From positions 1 to 28,490 of IMG/VR virus record IMGVR_UViG_3300021365_000075: a stretch of 28,490 bases of DNA. The stretch is one strand, 5' to 3'. Under the pieces are notes generated by a model. That model was not told the DNA's origin and ran no database searches. It saw only the letters and a program-made list of their open reading frames with translations. Both the position numbers and the translations under genes were made by a program. The stretch is from a virus. Lineage: Duplodnaviria; Caudoviricetes. Positions 27,069-28,490 of the stretch are shown here, in pieces (the first letter of the stretch is position 1; every line of letters starts with the position of its first letter).

Positions 27069-27083
27069 TAATTGGAATAATAC

Positions 27084-27521
27084 TTATGACAAGAACTCCA
27101 GTGCTTTCTCGTATCTCTGTCTCTTACTTCCGGGGTTGCCACTAAGATTGTGTTTGAGGTCTGCTATCTTGACTTGCCTAGCCTCTGGATGTTCGGCTAG
27201 TCTCCTGATGTAATCCCTGTAGACTTCCATACCACCTTGATTACTAGGGTCTTTACCTCTCGTCAAGGCATTAACCGCATTACCAACATCCTCACCAAAC
27301 CGTTCATGAATGTCTTCTATGCCCGTTTTACCATCTTCTACTGCGTCATGAAGATATGCTATTCTTTGTAAATGAGGGTCATCGAACTGGTTCGCCACAG
27401 CATCGACATGAGTCATGTAAGGCTCTTCACCATACATCTGCCCCTCATGTTGTTGTTCTGCAAATCGCCTTGCTTCCTGTGGCATTTTGAGCAAAGCCCA
27501 CGCTTGGTCGAAGGGGTTCAT
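27084..27521 (-). CDS. RelA/SpoT-type HD-domain hydrolase (small alarmone hydrolase/Mesh1-like) with an FDxAWxLLK leader
   Basis: Motifs H-x-G-Q...PY-x-x-H, AYLHDAVED, FG-x-x-V-x-x-x-V-x-x-LT and VKIAD-x-x-HN. Start moved to MNPFDQ (TAATG coupling). Confidence 0.85.
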   Translation of the reverse strand: MNPFDQAWALLKMPQEARRFAEQQHEGQMYGEEPYMTHVDAVANQFDDPHLQRIAYLHDAVEDGKTGIEDIHERFGEDVGNAVNALTRGKDPSNQGGMEVYRDYIRRLAEHPEARQVKIADLKHNLSGNPGSKRQRYEKALEFLS

Positions 27522-28018
27522 TAACAATTCCACCGCTTAAGAGCAGCACCTTTCGGGGTAAGTTTCCCACCCTTGCTTGTTGGACCTTTACTTCCACCCA
27601 TTCTTGCACAAAAAGACTTTCTTCTGTTTGCCGCTTTACTACCGGGTTTTAGTGAACTTGGTTTCTTTGTAACAGGTCTTTTTAGATTCGCACCTGTCTC
27701 TCTTTTGAACTTTGCACGACCTTTTGCATTTAGACCACCACTTTTACTGTGTCTATTAGGATTGTAACCATGAAACGGTTTTTCTCCTTTAGCCATATAT
27801 CTAGTGCTACCTGCTGGTGAAGTTATTTCTCTTCCACACTTGCTGCAATTACCATGATATCCTGTTACATCAGGAGTGTAAGCGACCATTGGATTTTCAG
27901 CATTACAGTGAGGACATGGAAATTCATAAAACTCGTTTCCTTTTTCAAAAACACTGTCCATCAAAGCAACTGTTGCTTGTTGAAAAGGAGTACAACAACT
28001 ACAAGTCTCGTGCTCCAT
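27521..28018 (-). CDS. Modular protein: leader, zinc ribbon and a basic viral domain (DUF6321-like, from memory)
   Basis: CPHC...CSKC ribbon, then GGLNAKGRAKF...NLKRPV...RRKSFCARM...ALKRWNC, a module I recognise from marine phages. Confidence 0.7.
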   Translation of the reverse strand: MEHETCSCCTPFQQATVALMDSVFEKGNEFYEFPCPHCNAENPMVAYTPDVTGYHGNCSKCGREITSPAGSTRYMAKGEKPFHGYNPNRHSKSGGLNAKGRAKFKRETGANLKRPVTKKPSSLKPGSKAANRRKSFCARMGGSKGPTSKGGKLTPKGAALKRWNC

Positions 28019-28326
28019 TATATCACCCCAACCATCTTGACTATAGTAGGTTTTCCGCCAACACCTTGTTTTTTGGCTCTTTTTCTTTTCGTTGCTGCTT
28101 GTTTTTGACCACTCGACATCGAACCAGAAGTCTTCGGCGTTTTACTTGACACTTTAACTGACGGTCTACATTTAGGATAACCTTTACCACTTAGTTTTGC
28201 TTTCGACCTACCACATTCTGGATGTTTACCATCCTTATCTTTTCTTGAAACATCTACCCATTTTTCCTTAAACCAACGGTTTAGGTTTTTAACAATTAAA
28301 GTATCGTGGCAAGTACAACGTGTCAT
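28018..28326 (-). CDS. Basic viral protein (DUF5872-like, from memory)
   Basis: LNRWFKEKWVDV...CGR...YPKCRP...TPKT is a module I recognise from marine phages and large DNA viruses. Confidence 0.7.
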   Translation of the reverse strand: MTRCTCHDTLIVKNLNRWFKEKWVDVSRKDKDGKHPECGRSKAKLSGKGYPKCRPSVKVSSKTPKTSGSMSSGQKQAATKRKRAKKQGVGGKPTIVKMVGVI

Positions 28327-28490
28327 TTGTTACTCACCCATGCATCACAAGTATGGTCTGCTCTACAAGTAAAATCATACATTTTACAGTACCCTGTCAT
28401 CGGGTCATTTGTTTTTGAAGAATCCCATGCTTTACAATTACCACATTTTTTTGGCCCAGTGGCTTTCCTGTAATTTGGTGCATCTTCTTT
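28323..28490 (-). CDS. Partial CDS (C-terminal end) with a HiPIP-like Cys motif
   Basis: Not in the ORF track. ...KEDAPNYRKATGPKKCGNCKAWDSSKTNDPMTGYCKMYDFTCRADHTCDAWVSNK*, with an ATGA overlap with the next gene. Confidence 0.65.
   Translation of the reverse strand, partial: KEDAPNYRKATGPKKCGNCKAWDSSKTNDPMTGYCKMYDFTCRADHTCDAWVSNK

Noticed and set aside
26995-27213. Hydrophobic 72-aa plus-strand ORF over the AT-rich region
   Set aside because: The hydrophobicity comes from the low-complexity AT palindrome, and it overlaps the HD gene antisense.
534-28149. All plus-strand ORFs in the track (e.g. 1716..2063, 2462..2869, 5464..5853, 13711..14112, 15895..16311)
   Set aside because: Each lies antisense to a well-supported minus-strand gene, with no recognisable motif and the composition expected of shadow ORFs.
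1-28490. tRNA/rRNA genes, integrase or stop-codon reassignment
   Set aside because: No intergenic space with cloverleaf features, no recombinase motifs, and genes end normally at TAA, TGA and TAG with tight packing.

Overview
The window is a gene-dense fragment of a tailed archaeal virus (Caudoviricetes) with every credible gene on the minus strand. It is most likely a magrovirus-type virus of Marine Group II/Poseidoniales. That assignment rests on my recollection of the capsid sequence, recurrent GGTGA/GGAG Shine-Dalgarno sites and BRE/TATA-like promoters, and it needs database confirmation. In transcription order (right to left) it holds: small basic or Cys-rich proteins and a RelA/SpoT-type HD hydrolase; an AT-rich inverted repeat; a membrane-protein/Arf-like GTPase/AbrB cluster; a probable small terminase; several low-complexity proteins; large terminase; a LAGLIDADG protein; portal; small head proteins; a 2135-aa protein ending in a ligase-like domain that lacks the catalytic Lys; prohead protease/scaffold; major capsid protein; minor structural proteins; and a head-tail adaptor. 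The most notable patterns are (1) a shared helical leader ending in a hydrophobic-x-K-[A/S/G/M] site on many unrelated proteins, suggesting a capsid-cargo targeting and processing system, (2) an Arf-like GTPase among membrane proteins, and (3) a nested scaffold gene plus a stand-alone mini-scaffold paralogue.
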